Below are positions 9,251-18,457 of a stretch of DNA of 64,000 bases, piece by piece. The stretch comes from an uncultured Prevotellaceae bacterium (lineage in GTDB: Bacteria; Bacteroidota; Bacteroidia; Bacteroidales; Bacteroidaceae): positions 10,390-74,389 of the forward strand of contig CAMVFC010000001.1 of assembly GCA_947166655.1 (NCBI GenBank). Direction: 5' to 3'. Both the position numbers and the translations under genes were made by a program. How positions within the stretch are numbered: position 1 is the first letter of the stretch; every line of letters starts with the position of its first letter. The notes under the pieces are model-generated. The model ran no database searches. It had not been told where the DNA came from and worked only from the letters and a program-made list of their open reading frames with translations.

Positions 9251-9773
9251 TCCCCCTATTCGCCTTCAAATGACAGTGCTGAAAGAGGCCCCACCCTCCC
9301 CATCGGCAGCAGGGAAAATCACTAAGAGAAATCATCCTTCTCGCCGCTAAAACAACGACCCTACTCGGGTAAAAAAACATCCTGCGGGCCCGCCGGTTCT
9401 GGCATAGTTCTCTGTATATCACAGCAAATAAAGCCACCGTTCCGCCTATGGGTCAAACCGCCTGTCAACGCCTGTTCCCATGGCCATGAACAGATGGCAC
9501 TGGGCGGTGACAACCTGCCCGCTCTTTGAGGCGACACGAACGAATGTACGTTGCCGCGTGACAGCGGAGACACCGAAACTGACAAAGCCCTCTCCCAATC
9601 GGCCATTGAGCCTACATTTTCTCACGCCATGACCTCCTAAACAATAAGGCACGGACGCCCGACCACAGCTTGCCGTTTTTCTTAAGAAGAGGCAAGGCAA
9701 GAATATTTGTTAAATTTCCTTAACATCCACGATTTATATCGGCCTCCGCGCGCGTAGTAATGAAAAAAAGGCT

Positions 9774-9781
9774 TAATTTTG
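9774..9781 (+). promoter_or_regulatory. Candidate -7 promoter box TAATTTTG for the FAS1/SusC locus
   Basis: Matches TAnnTTTG, about 100 nt upstream of ATG 9882. Confidence 0.35.
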
Positions 9782-9881
9782 ACCGCTTGAATGTGAGATT
9801 CTCCTAATATGAAAGACCTTATCAGGTCGCAATTTACCTATAAGCACAACAACTAAACAAACTATAACAATCTCAATTTCA

Positions 9882-12800
9882 ATGTGTATGAGAAACCGAT
9901 TTAGCACATTTGGCAAGCACGCGCCACGCGCGTTGTGCTTGCTGGCTATTTGTGGGCTAACATGGGCATGCAAGGACGACTACACGCTCGACGACGAAAA
10001 GCCGAGCTGGCTGAACTCCAGCATCTATCAGAGCCTGCAAAATGGCATGAAAGAGACTGACGCAAACGGCCAGGAAGTGACACACACCTTCCAGACTTAT
10101 CTGCGTCTGTTGGCCGACCCTGAAGTCAATCCCGCCAATGCACGTCCGCTCACGGAAGTCCTGAACAGAACAGGCTCCAAGACCGTCTTCGCCGCCGACG
10201 ACGAAGCGTGGAATGCCTTCTTCCGCCGCAACGGACAACTGCCCGAGACCAATCCCTGGCACAATGCCACAAGCTACGAAGGTCTGAGCGCAGCACAGAA
10301 AAAGCTGCTCATTCATACCAGTATGCTCAACAACGCCATCGTGATGGAAAACCTCGCCAGCAGCGACGGCTCCGGTCAGACACCTCCCACACGTGGCGAA
10401 TACATGCGACGTTTTACAGACGTCATGCTGACTGACTCGATCACATTCATCCCTGCAGACCAAGTACCCTATGCTTACAATGCAGAGAAAGTCTACCAGC
10501 CCGACAACGAAGGCAAAGTCTATACGCCCGAGACCAACTACTGGGCTCGCTTCAGTTCACGCAAAAACGGAAAAGGCGTCTACATCGTGTCTGACTCCAC
10601 CGCCAGCATGATGCTCCACTTCACCGCCGAGCACATGTCCAAGCAGTCCATCACAGACGCCGACTTCGCTATCTTCATGGGACGCGAGCGCAAGACCAGC
10701 GACGTGCACATCTACGACGCACTGCTCGCTCAGAAGGACCAAGTGGCAGAGAACGGATACCTCAACCGCACGGAAAAGGTGATTACGCCTCTCCCCAACA
10801 TGGCAGAAGTGATCCGCACCAACGGAAAAACCAACATCTTCAGCCATATCCTCGACCGCTTCTCGTATCCCTCATACAACGTAGCTGTAACTGAGGCTTA
10901 TAAGACGCTGCACCCCGAGTTTACCGACTCCATCTTCACACGCCACTATTTCGCACAGATCGGCCCCTTCCACCAGGCTTGGCTGACGGGCCCCGACGGA
11001 GAAAAGTTCCAGGACAGCGACGGTGAAGTGGCGCTGAAGTACGATCCGGGATGGAATGGTTTCTACGATGAGACCGACCTGCGCACCGACATGGCAGCCA
11101 TGTTCGTCCCCAGCGATGACATCCTTTGGGACTACTTCGCTGAAGGCGGTGGCGGATGGCAGCTTGTCCTCACCTACTCCACCGATCCCTTTGCTGAAGT
11201 AACACGCGGTGACTACGAGGCTCTTTACAGGAAGATTGACGACATACCCATCTCCACCCTGCAAGACCTGGTGAACGTGATCATGTTCCGTTCCTTCACA
11301 GGCTCTGTACCGAGCAAGATGACTCAGCTGCGCAACGATGCTCAGGAAGACATGTTCGCACAAGAGGATATTGAGCAGATTGACACCTGCATGCTGGCCA
11401 ACAACGGTGCCGTATATATAATGAAGAAGGTGTACGGACCGGCCAAATATACCTCTGTCGCTGCTCCGGCCTATATCAGCAAGCGCAACAATATCATACG
11501 ATGGGCCATTGACAACGGTAGAATCGAGAGTCAAGACCAGATGAAACTGAACTACTACGCCTATCTGATGGCTATGAAGTCCAAGTTCACCCTCTTCCTG
11601 CCGAGCGATCAGGCCATGAAGCGTTATTTCGACCCCGTCAGCTTCACGAGCCAGAAGCCTCGTGTCTTGGAACTCACCTACACGGGTAAAGGCACCTTCC
11701 CCTTGAGCAACAGGCTTCTCCGCTTTGACCCTGCCACCGCTACGTCGGGCGAGGCATGGGGCAACGAGAACATCTCTAACGATGAAATCGTCAACCGACT
11801 GAAAGATATTCTGGAAAGCCACACCATCGTTCACGACGGTACGAACCCCATCGACAGCGAGGATGAGTACTATCTCACCAAGAACGGCTCCGCCATCAAG
11901 ATGACACGCGACGCCAACAACCGCATCATCAAGGTGCAAGGCGGTTACCAACTGGAGAACGAACGCGCCGGACTCACCTCAGGCGACCGCGGAACAATCT
12001 CCATCGAGGTTACACCTGAGAACACCAACCAGATGGAGAACGGTCGCACTTACGTGCTCGACGATGCACCCATCATTCCCGCAAGCAAGAGCGTCTACGG
12101 CATCCTGACTCAAGATCTGACCGAGAACGGTCCCTTCTCTGAGTTCTATAGCCTGACCGAGTCCAACGACGAAATCATCAAAGCCTGCGGTCTGGTGCGC
12201 TCCACGCTGAAGAGTAACGAACTGACCCGTGCGCTGAATAAGTACCACGTCTTCGTCAATAACTTAGGCGGCGTCGACCAGAACATCCAGTTCTTCAACA
12301 ACTACTGGTACACCGTTCTGGTTCCTTCCAACGAAGCCATCAAACAGGCCGTTGCTAAAGGACTTCCTACATGGGAATCCATTCTGGAAGACTACGAAAG
12401 CCTCCCCTACTACGAGGCTATCATGAAGAACGGAACTCACACGGTGAATGGGCAGACAATCGAAGAGCCTTATGTGATTGACACGACCAACAACAATGAT
12501 ACCATTTGGGTGAAGACATCACAATACACTGACCGTTGCCTGCTTCACGCAGACAGCCTGCGACTCCAGGCCAAGATTACCTTCCTCAACAACTTCGTTC
12601 GCGGACACTTCCTGGACAACAGCATCTTCGCCGACAAGTCCGAACGTCCTGCCGCCGACTATGTGACATCCAGCTATAACAACGAACTGGGCGTCTTCGT
12701 GAAGGTACACTGCCAGCGCATCAAAGAAGGCGGCAAGACCATACTTCAAGTGCGCGACGACCTGAAAGATGAGAACGGGAACCTGACTTCACCCTACCTC

Positions 12801-13085
12801 ACCGTCAGCGAAGACTATAAGAACATTATGGCGCGCGACCTCACGTGCACGCGTACCAATAATTATTATTCGCCCACCGCAGCCAACTCAATGAACAACA
12901 TCATTATCCAAGGCTCCAGCTTTGCTGTCATCCATCAGATCAATGGCGTTCTGAACCATACGCCTCTCAAAGAAGACGGCACCTACGACATCGACTTTAA
13001 TGATGAAAGCGACTGCAAGGCTTATCTTAAAGAATTTGCAATCCCCGAAGAGGTAACCCTGAAAAGATTAAAAGCAAGACTATGA
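9882..13085 (+). CDS. Large multi-FAS1 (fasciclin) domain surface lipoprotein
   Basis: Lipobox LTWAC followed by KDD. Repeated FAS1 H1-like motifs KTVFAADDEAWNAF, FTLFLPSDQAMKRYF and YTVLVPSNEAIKQAV, with H2-like NNGAVYIMKKVYGP. The stop overlaps the SusC start (ATGA at 13082-13085). Confidence 0.75.
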   Translation: MCMRNRFSTFGKHAPRALCLLAICGLTWACKDDYTLDDEKPSWLNSSIYQSLQNGMKETDANGQEVTHTFQTYLRLLADPEVNPANARPLTEVLNRTGSKTVFAADDEAWNAFFRRNGQLPETNPWHNATSYEGLSAAQKKLLIHTSMLNNAIVMENLASSDGSGQTPPTRGEYMRRFTDVMLTDSITFIPADQVPYAYNAEKVYQPDNEGKVYTPETNYWARFSSRKNGKGVYIVSDSTASMMLHFTAEHMSKQSITDADFAIFMGRERKTSDVHIYDALLAQKDQVAENGYLNRTEKVITPLPNMAEVIRTNGKTNIFSHILDRFSYPSYNVAVTEAYKTLHPEFTDSIFTRHYFAQIGPFHQAWLTGPDGEKFQDSDGEVALKYDPGWNGFYDETDLRTDMAAMFVPSDDILWDYFAEGGGGWQLVLTYSTDPFAEVTRGDYEALYRKIDDIPISTLQDLVNVIMFRSFTGSVPSKMTQLRNDAQEDMFAQEDIEQIDTCMLANNGAVYIMKKVYGPAKYTSVAAPAYISKRNNIIRWAIDNGRIESQDQMKLNYYAYLMAMKSKFTLFLPSDQAMKRYFDPVSFTSQKPRVLELTYTGKGTFPLSNRLLRFDPATATSGEAWGNENISNDEIVNRLKDILESHTIVHDGTNPIDSEDEYYLTKNGSAIKMTRDANNRIIKVQGGYQLENERAGLTSGDRGTISIEVTPENTNQMENGRTYVLDDAPIIPASKSVYGILTQDLTENGPFSEFYSLTESNDEIIKACGLVRSTLKSNELTRALNKYHVFVNNLGGVDQNIQFFNNYWYTVLVPSNEAIKQAVAKGLPTWESILEDYESLPYYEAIMKNGTHTVNGQTIEEPYVIDTTNNNDTIWVKTSQYTDRCLLHADSLRLQAKITFLNNFVRGHFLDNSIFADKSERPAADYVTSSYNNELGVFVKVHCQRIKEGGKTILQVRDDLKDENGNLTSPYLTVSEDYKNIMARDLTCTRTNNYYSPTAANSMNNIIIQGSSFAVIHQINGVLNHTPLKEDGTYDIDFNDESDCKAYLKEFAIPEEVTLKRLKARL

Positions 13086-16000
13086 ATAAAATCATCAAAC
13101 TGATACTGCTTTGGACCGTTTGCCTCTTGGCAACCAATGTCAGTGCCCAACAGCGACGTATTTCAGGTACCGTATCGGATGACTTCGATGTAGTGCCTGG
13201 AGCCAATGTCGTTGAGCGAGACAAAAATAACCGTATTGTCAGTGCCACCGTCACAGACATGAATGGTAACTTCACGCTAAATGTCAAGGATCCCAACAAT
13301 ACGCTCTCTATCACGTTCATGGGTCTGAAGCCGTGGGCGCAGAAGATTGGTACGCGCAATGTCTTCAAGGTCAAGTTGGAAGACAACACCAAGACGATGA
13401 AAGACGTCACAATCGTCGCCAAGAAGAAACAACAGAGCGGCGGATTGTCGATTCCCGTGCGCGAGTTGGCCGGTGCCACACAGACCTTCAACATGGAAGA
13501 AATGGAGGGTATGGCCTTCGAGTCTGTCGACCAGGCCCTGCAAGGTCAGATCGCTGGTCTTGATATCGTGCAGAACTCTGGTAACCTTGGTGCAGGTACG
13601 ACCATGCGTCTGCGTGGTACAACCACCATCAATGGTAATGCACAGCCGCTGATTGTCGTGAACGACCACATCTTCGAGCTCCCCGAAGACGCACAGGATG
13701 TGAACTTCGAGACGATGGATAATGAAGAACAGTTCTCCACGCTGCTTAACGTGAATCCCGAAGACATCGAGAGCATCGAGGTGCTGAAGGATGCCTCCAC
13801 AGCAAAGTGGGGTTCCCGTGGTGCCAATGGTGTCATCGAGATTAAGCTCCGCCGCGGTCACCGTGGTCCCACCAACGTCACCTTCTCCTATCGTTTCAAC
13901 GGAACATGGCAGCCCGATGGCTACAACATGCTCGACGGTGACGGCTACACCATGATGCTGAAGGAAGCCTATTACAATCCTCAGCAGATTGCCACCAACC
14001 TCCTTGAGTTGGACTACAACACGGAATATCCCTACATATACAACCACTTCAGCCACAACACCGACTGGATTGACGCAGTCAAGCAGTTCGGTCAGGAACA
14101 TAAATATTATGTGACACTCTCCGGCGGTGGCGAAAAGGCTACATTCCGTATTTCTGCAGGCTACGATAAGAGCAAGGGCTCCATCATCGCTCAGAAGATG
14201 GACCGCTTCACCACTCAGACGGCTTTGGACTATTGGGTCAGCGACCGCATCAAGTTCAGTTCCAACATTGGCTTGACGTTCACCACCAACTACAAGAACA
14301 ACCCAAACAACATCCTCGCCCGTGCTTACAATGCCATGCCTAACATGAGCATCTATGAATACGATGCACAAGGCAATAGAACTGGCAACTATTTCAACCT
14401 TCTGCCGTTAGCAATGACGGTAGGCGGTAACAACCAAGCCAGCGGCACCGCCAACGACGGTACGAAAACCAGCTGGAACCTGCGAGACATGTTCTTCAAT
14501 GGCAACCCCGTCGCCTCTGCACGTAACGCATGGAACAAGGAACGCCAGTACAACCTCACGCCGCAGTTCTCTATCGACTACAAACTGCTTGGTAAAGACG
14601 ACGATGAGACACAACTCAACTATAAGGGTGATGTCCAGCTCAACGTCTACAACACCTCCAACGACACTTATCTGCCTGCTGAACTTCGTAATATTCCCTG
14701 GCAGTACGGTGGCAAGAATGGTTTGAACATCGGCACCAACCAGCGCAACGAAGTGGGCAATTCCGAGTACAAGAGCTTAGAGTTCACCACACGCCACGAC
14801 CTGCAGTTCTATCCCAAGTTCAAGAACGAGGACTTCAGTCTCAGCGCACTCTTGCGTTGGGAACTGGCCAGTGGTTCCTCCAGCAGCCAGAACACCAACC
14901 TCTGGAACGTGCCTAACGGCATCACCGACCCCACGGTTACTGCATTGCTGAATACGGCAGGTGCTTACAACAACGAATGGCGTAACATGAGCGTCTTCGC
15001 TCAGGCACACTTCTCCTATAAGAGTAAGTATAACCTCGATGTATCTGTTCGTACCGATGGTAATACCAACTTCGGCAAGGGCCACAAGTTCGGCACCTTC
15101 CCGTTCTTCGGTGCCCGTTGGAACATCATCGACGAGCCCTGGATGAAATGGTCGCGCAACATTCTGAGCATGTTGGCCTTCCGTCCCACCTATGGTATGA
15201 CAGGTTACACCAGCGGTAGCTTCAACCAGTACAACCGCTACGGTCAGAGCGGTCTCTACAACGGCCACACGGTGGTACGTCCCGAGAACCTCTCCCTGAA
15301 AGAGATTCGCTGGCAGAAGACACGCAAGATTAACTTAGGTTTCAACGTTGGATTCCTCGATGATTTGATTGGCTTCGAGCTGGATATCTACGACCACAAG
15401 ACCACCGACCTGATCATGGACAACTACCGTATTGCTTCGGCTAACGGCTATACCAGCCTCGCCAAGGTAAACGCAGGTACCCTCCGCAACAAGGGTTGGG
15501 AATTGAATGCCCACACGGGATGGTTCGCCAAGGTCGGCAAGTTCCAGATGAAACTGCGTGGTAACATCAACCAGAACTTCAATGAAGTCGAAGAGATGGA
15601 CCCGCTATTGTTGGAAAGCTTGAATGGTGCTGATACGTATCAGCCTGGAAACCTTGCATACAATCAGCGCGTACAGGTGGGCAACGCCCTCGGATCCATC
15701 TACGGCCTGAAGTACAAAGGTGTCTACAAGTATGACTACGAGCACAACGGATATACGACATCTTCCATTGCTGCTTACGGATACGCCGACACAGGCAACG
15801 GCTTTGATGCTGCTGGCAATCCCATCAACACGGCTGCCGCTGCGGCACGTCGAGGCGATATCGCAACTTGCCCCATCGCATACGATGCCGATGGCAATAT
15901 GCTGACAGACAAGCAGGGCAATCCCCTTCCCATGTACTACTGCTACAACGAGAGTTATCGCTATAAGTTCCAGGGTGGTGATGCCATCTACGAGGACATC

Positions 16001-16552
16001 AACCACGATGGTCAGATTGACCGCTACGACATGGTTTACCTCGGCAACTCCAACCCGAAATGGTATGGCGGCTTTGGCTTCACTCTCAAATATGAACGCC
16101 TGCAGCTCACCACCGGTTTCAACTTCCGTATCGGCAATCAAATCGTCAACATGGCTCGTATGAATGCCGAGAGTATGCAGACCAATGTCAATCAGAGTTT
16201 TGCCACCACCTGGCGTTGGCGCAAGAATGGAGACGAGACATCCATCCCACGTGCCCTCAACACCAGCGGCATGAGCAGCTACAACTCTCTCCCCAGCGAC
16301 CGATACGTAGAGGATGGCGACTATCTGCGCCTGCAATACGTGCAGCTCAGCTATGACATCGACCCCAAGATTCTCAAGAAGTGGGGCATCCGTCAGCTGA
16401 AGTTCTTCGCTTCCGTCAACAACCTTTGGTGCTGGACCAAGTACACCGGTGTGGATCCCGACGTCAGCCCGCAAGGCTATGCCGTCAGCTTGGATAACAA
16501 CCGTACGCCGCGTACCCGTTCCTTCACCGCAAGTATCAACCTTGGTTTCTAA
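13082..16552 (+). CDS. SusC/RagA-family TonB-dependent outer-membrane transporter (pair 1)
   Basis: Signal peptide, carboxypeptidase-regulatory-like N-domain (ISGTVSD...GANVVE...TDMNGNF) and plug (DIESIEVLKDASTAKWGSRGANGVIEIKLRRG). A long beta-barrel ends in INLGF. No STN signalling domain. Confidence 0.92.
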   Translation: MNKIIKLILLWTVCLLATNVSAQQRRISGTVSDDFDVVPGANVVERDKNNRIVSATVTDMNGNFTLNVKDPNNTLSITFMGLKPWAQKIGTRNVFKVKLEDNTKTMKDVTIVAKKKQQSGGLSIPVRELAGATQTFNMEEMEGMAFESVDQALQGQIAGLDIVQNSGNLGAGTTMRLRGTTTINGNAQPLIVVNDHIFELPEDAQDVNFETMDNEEQFSTLLNVNPEDIESIEVLKDASTAKWGSRGANGVIEIKLRRGHRGPTNVTFSYRFNGTWQPDGYNMLDGDGYTMMLKEAYYNPQQIATNLLELDYNTEYPYIYNHFSHNTDWIDAVKQFGQEHKYYVTLSGGGEKATFRISAGYDKSKGSIIAQKMDRFTTQTALDYWVSDRIKFSSNIGLTFTTNYKNNPNNILARAYNAMPNMSIYEYDAQGNRTGNYFNLLPLAMTVGGNNQASGTANDGTKTSWNLRDMFFNGNPVASARNAWNKERQYNLTPQFSIDYKLLGKDDDETQLNYKGDVQLNVYNTSNDTYLPAELRNIPWQYGGKNGLNIGTNQRNEVGNSEYKSLEFTTRHDLQFYPKFKNEDFSLSALLRWELASGSSSSQNTNLWNVPNGITDPTVTALLNTAGAYNNEWRNMSVFAQAHFSYKSKYNLDVSVRTDGNTNFGKGHKFGTFPFFGARWNIIDEPWMKWSRNILSMLAFRPTYGMTGYTSGSFNQYNRYGQSGLYNGHTVVRPENLSLKEIRWQKTRKINLGFNVGFLDDLIGFELDIYDHKTTDLIMDNYRIASANGYTSLAKVNAGTLRNKGWELNAHTGWFAKVGKFQMKLRGNINQNFNEVEEMDPLLLESLNGADTYQPGNLAYNQRVQVGNALGSIYGLKYKGVYKYDYEHNGYTTSSIAAYGYADTGNGFDAAGNPINTAAAAARRGDIATCPIAYDADGNMLTDKQGNPLPMYYCYNESYRYKFQGGDAIYEDINHDGQIDRYDMVYLGNSNPKWYGGFGFTLKYERLQLTTGFNFRIGNQIVNMARMNAESMQTNVNQSFATTWRWRKNGDETSIPRALNTSGMSSYNSLPSDRYVEDGDYLRLQYVQLSYDIDPKILKKWGIRQLKFFASVNNLWCWTKYTGVDPDVSPQGYAVSLDNNRTPRTRSFTASINLGF

Positions 16553-16564
16553 ATCTGAACGGAC

Positions 16565-18430
16565 ATGAAAAGATTCTATCAATTCAAGAATATCGCACTG
16601 ATGAGCCTGATGGCGCTCGGTGCAACCTCCTGCGAAGACTGGCTGACGCTCTATCCTCAGGATCGCATCGTCGAAGAGAACTTCTGGGAGGACAAGAATG
16701 ACCTCGAAGGTGTCCGCTATGCGGCTTACAGCCAAATGGCTGGTACCATCTCTAATATGATTATCTGGGGAGACCTGCGCTCTGACAGCTATCAGCTCAA
16801 TTCCGATTTCACCGTTTCGTCTGACGGAAACGGAACAGCTGCCAAGAACACACACGATCAGTACAAGAAAGTGGTGGAAGCACAGCTGGATTCCACAATG
16901 TCATTCTACGACTGGGGTAGCGTTTACACCACCATTAACTTCTGCAACAAGGTGCTGCAACACGGCCCGGAAGTATTGGCCAACGATGCTCAGTTCACAG
17001 AACTGGAATGGCAGGAGATGAAGGCTGAGATGACAGCTCTGCGCGCCCTCAACTACTTCTACCTGATACGAGCTTTCAAGGATATACCTTACAGCACTCG
17101 CGTCATCAACTCCGATGAGGAAGTCATCGACTTCCCTCTCTCCAATGGGTTGAGCGTCCTGGATACGCTGATTACAGACGTGCGTCAAGTCGCTGGTCAG
17201 GGGCGAAACCGCTTCACCTCCATTTACGACACTCACGGCATGATGACCAACACCAGCATCTATGCGCTTTTGGCCGAGATGTACCTGTGGCGTAGTGCTC
17301 TGCGCGAAGGTCGCAGCGGTGATAATGTCATTGGAGCAAATGACAGTACAACAACGACTACCGCCGGTTTCACCGAAGCACAAATCAAGGCCGACTGTGA
17401 CAGCGTAGTTTTCTACGGTCAGCTCTCACTCGATGCCTTGGCCAACCAGAATGCCTTGTCACTGACAGGAGGACTGGATCGCACCTCTAAACGCACAAAA
17501 AACTATGGTGCCGGCATCCCCAATTCCGAACTGCTCGCCAACGAGTCGATGTCCAGCTCTTATGAGAGTGGTTCATCTCCCTACGTCAGCAGCTACACGG
17601 CCATCTTTAATTCCGGCCTCTACGGAGAAGGAGGCAATAGCAGTGAAAGCATGTTCGAGATGCAGTTCAACGATACCGACAAACGCAAGAACGGTACGGT
17701 CGCTCATTTCTGGGGTGCTCCACAAGAAAACAACTGCCACCTCTCCGTCAGCAACACGACGATTCTGAACATCTATGCCAGCAGTCAGGACAAGATGAAC
17801 AAAGACAGCCGTAACTGGTACAGCTGCTCTAACCTCATGTCTACGAGCATTCGTCCTCTGGCTGGCTATTACATGTTCAAATGGATGAACTGTAATTTCG
17901 AGAACAACAACAAGACAATCTCCACCAAGACCTCATCTACCGACTACAGTCACTGGATTTTCTATCGCCAGACCGATGTCATGCTGATGATGGCCGAGGC
18001 TTATGCCGTGCTGGGTAACTTCGACAAGTGCCGCAGTATTGTAGATGCCATCCACAAGCGCTCCACGGTGGGTGAAGTCGCAGCCGAAGGTTCCTCCAAC
18101 AACAAGGCCAACTGCCTCAAGCTTGTGATGAACGAGCGTCAGATTGAACTGCTCGGTGAAGGCAAACGTTGGTTCGACCTTGTTCGTTATGCAGAGCGAA
18201 TCGGCGGTGGCGTCAACCCGGATGTCCGCGAACCTCAATATCTGGATGGAACCAAGGGTGTACAGGAAATCATCACCGAATATCTTGCTAAATCCAACTC
18301 GGACCTAAAGGATATTTATAATCATCGTATCAAGAACCGCTATGGCCTCTACAGCCCCATCTACTACATGGAACTGAAGGCCAGCCACGGACAGATGGTA
18401 CAAAACCCCGTCTGGAACAGAGAGAAGTAA
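16565..18430 (+). CDS. SusD/RagB-family nutrient-binding lipoprotein (pair 1)
   Basis: Lipobox GATSC followed by EDW. The TPR-like SusD hallmark NERQIELLGEGKRWFDLVRY lies near the C-terminus. Positioned immediately after SusC. Confidence 0.88.
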   Translation: MKRFYQFKNIALMSLMALGATSCEDWLTLYPQDRIVEENFWEDKNDLEGVRYAAYSQMAGTISNMIIWGDLRSDSYQLNSDFTVSSDGNGTAAKNTHDQYKKVVEAQLDSTMSFYDWGSVYTTINFCNKVLQHGPEVLANDAQFTELEWQEMKAEMTALRALNYFYLIRAFKDIPYSTRVINSDEEVIDFPLSNGLSVLDTLITDVRQVAGQGRNRFTSIYDTHGMMTNTSIYALLAEMYLWRSALREGRSGDNVIGANDSTTTTTAGFTEAQIKADCDSVVFYGQLSLDALANQNALSLTGGLDRTSKRTKNYGAGIPNSELLANESMSSSYESGSSPYVSSYTAIFNSGLYGEGGNSSESMFEMQFNDTDKRKNGTVAHFWGAPQENNCHLSVSNTTILNIYASSQDKMNKDSRNWYSCSNLMSTSIRPLAGYYMFKWMNCNFENNNKTISTKTSSTDYSHWIFYRQTDVMLMMAEAYAVLGNFDKCRSIVDAIHKRSTVGEVAAEGSSNNKANCLKLVMNERQIELLGEGKRWFDLVRYAERIGGGVNPDVREPQYLDGTKGVQEIITEYLAKSNSDLKDIYNHRIKNRYGLYSPIYYMELKASHGQMVQNPVWNREK

Positions 18431-18457
18431 CCGAACAACCTGCTAATCTTGTAACGT

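Noticed and set aside
9480-9525. A B12-box-like string (GGCACTGGGCGGTGACAACCTGCCCGC), together with AGGGAAAATC at about 9307, suggested a cobalamin riboswitch upstream of the SusC locus.
   Set aside because: The other conserved cobalamin-riboswitch elements (GGUG..AA..CC pairing, the GCCACUG context, correct order and spacing) are not present. It lies about 360 nt from the next start codon, and the downstream genes are not B12-related. It could be settled with an Infernal scan against RF00174.
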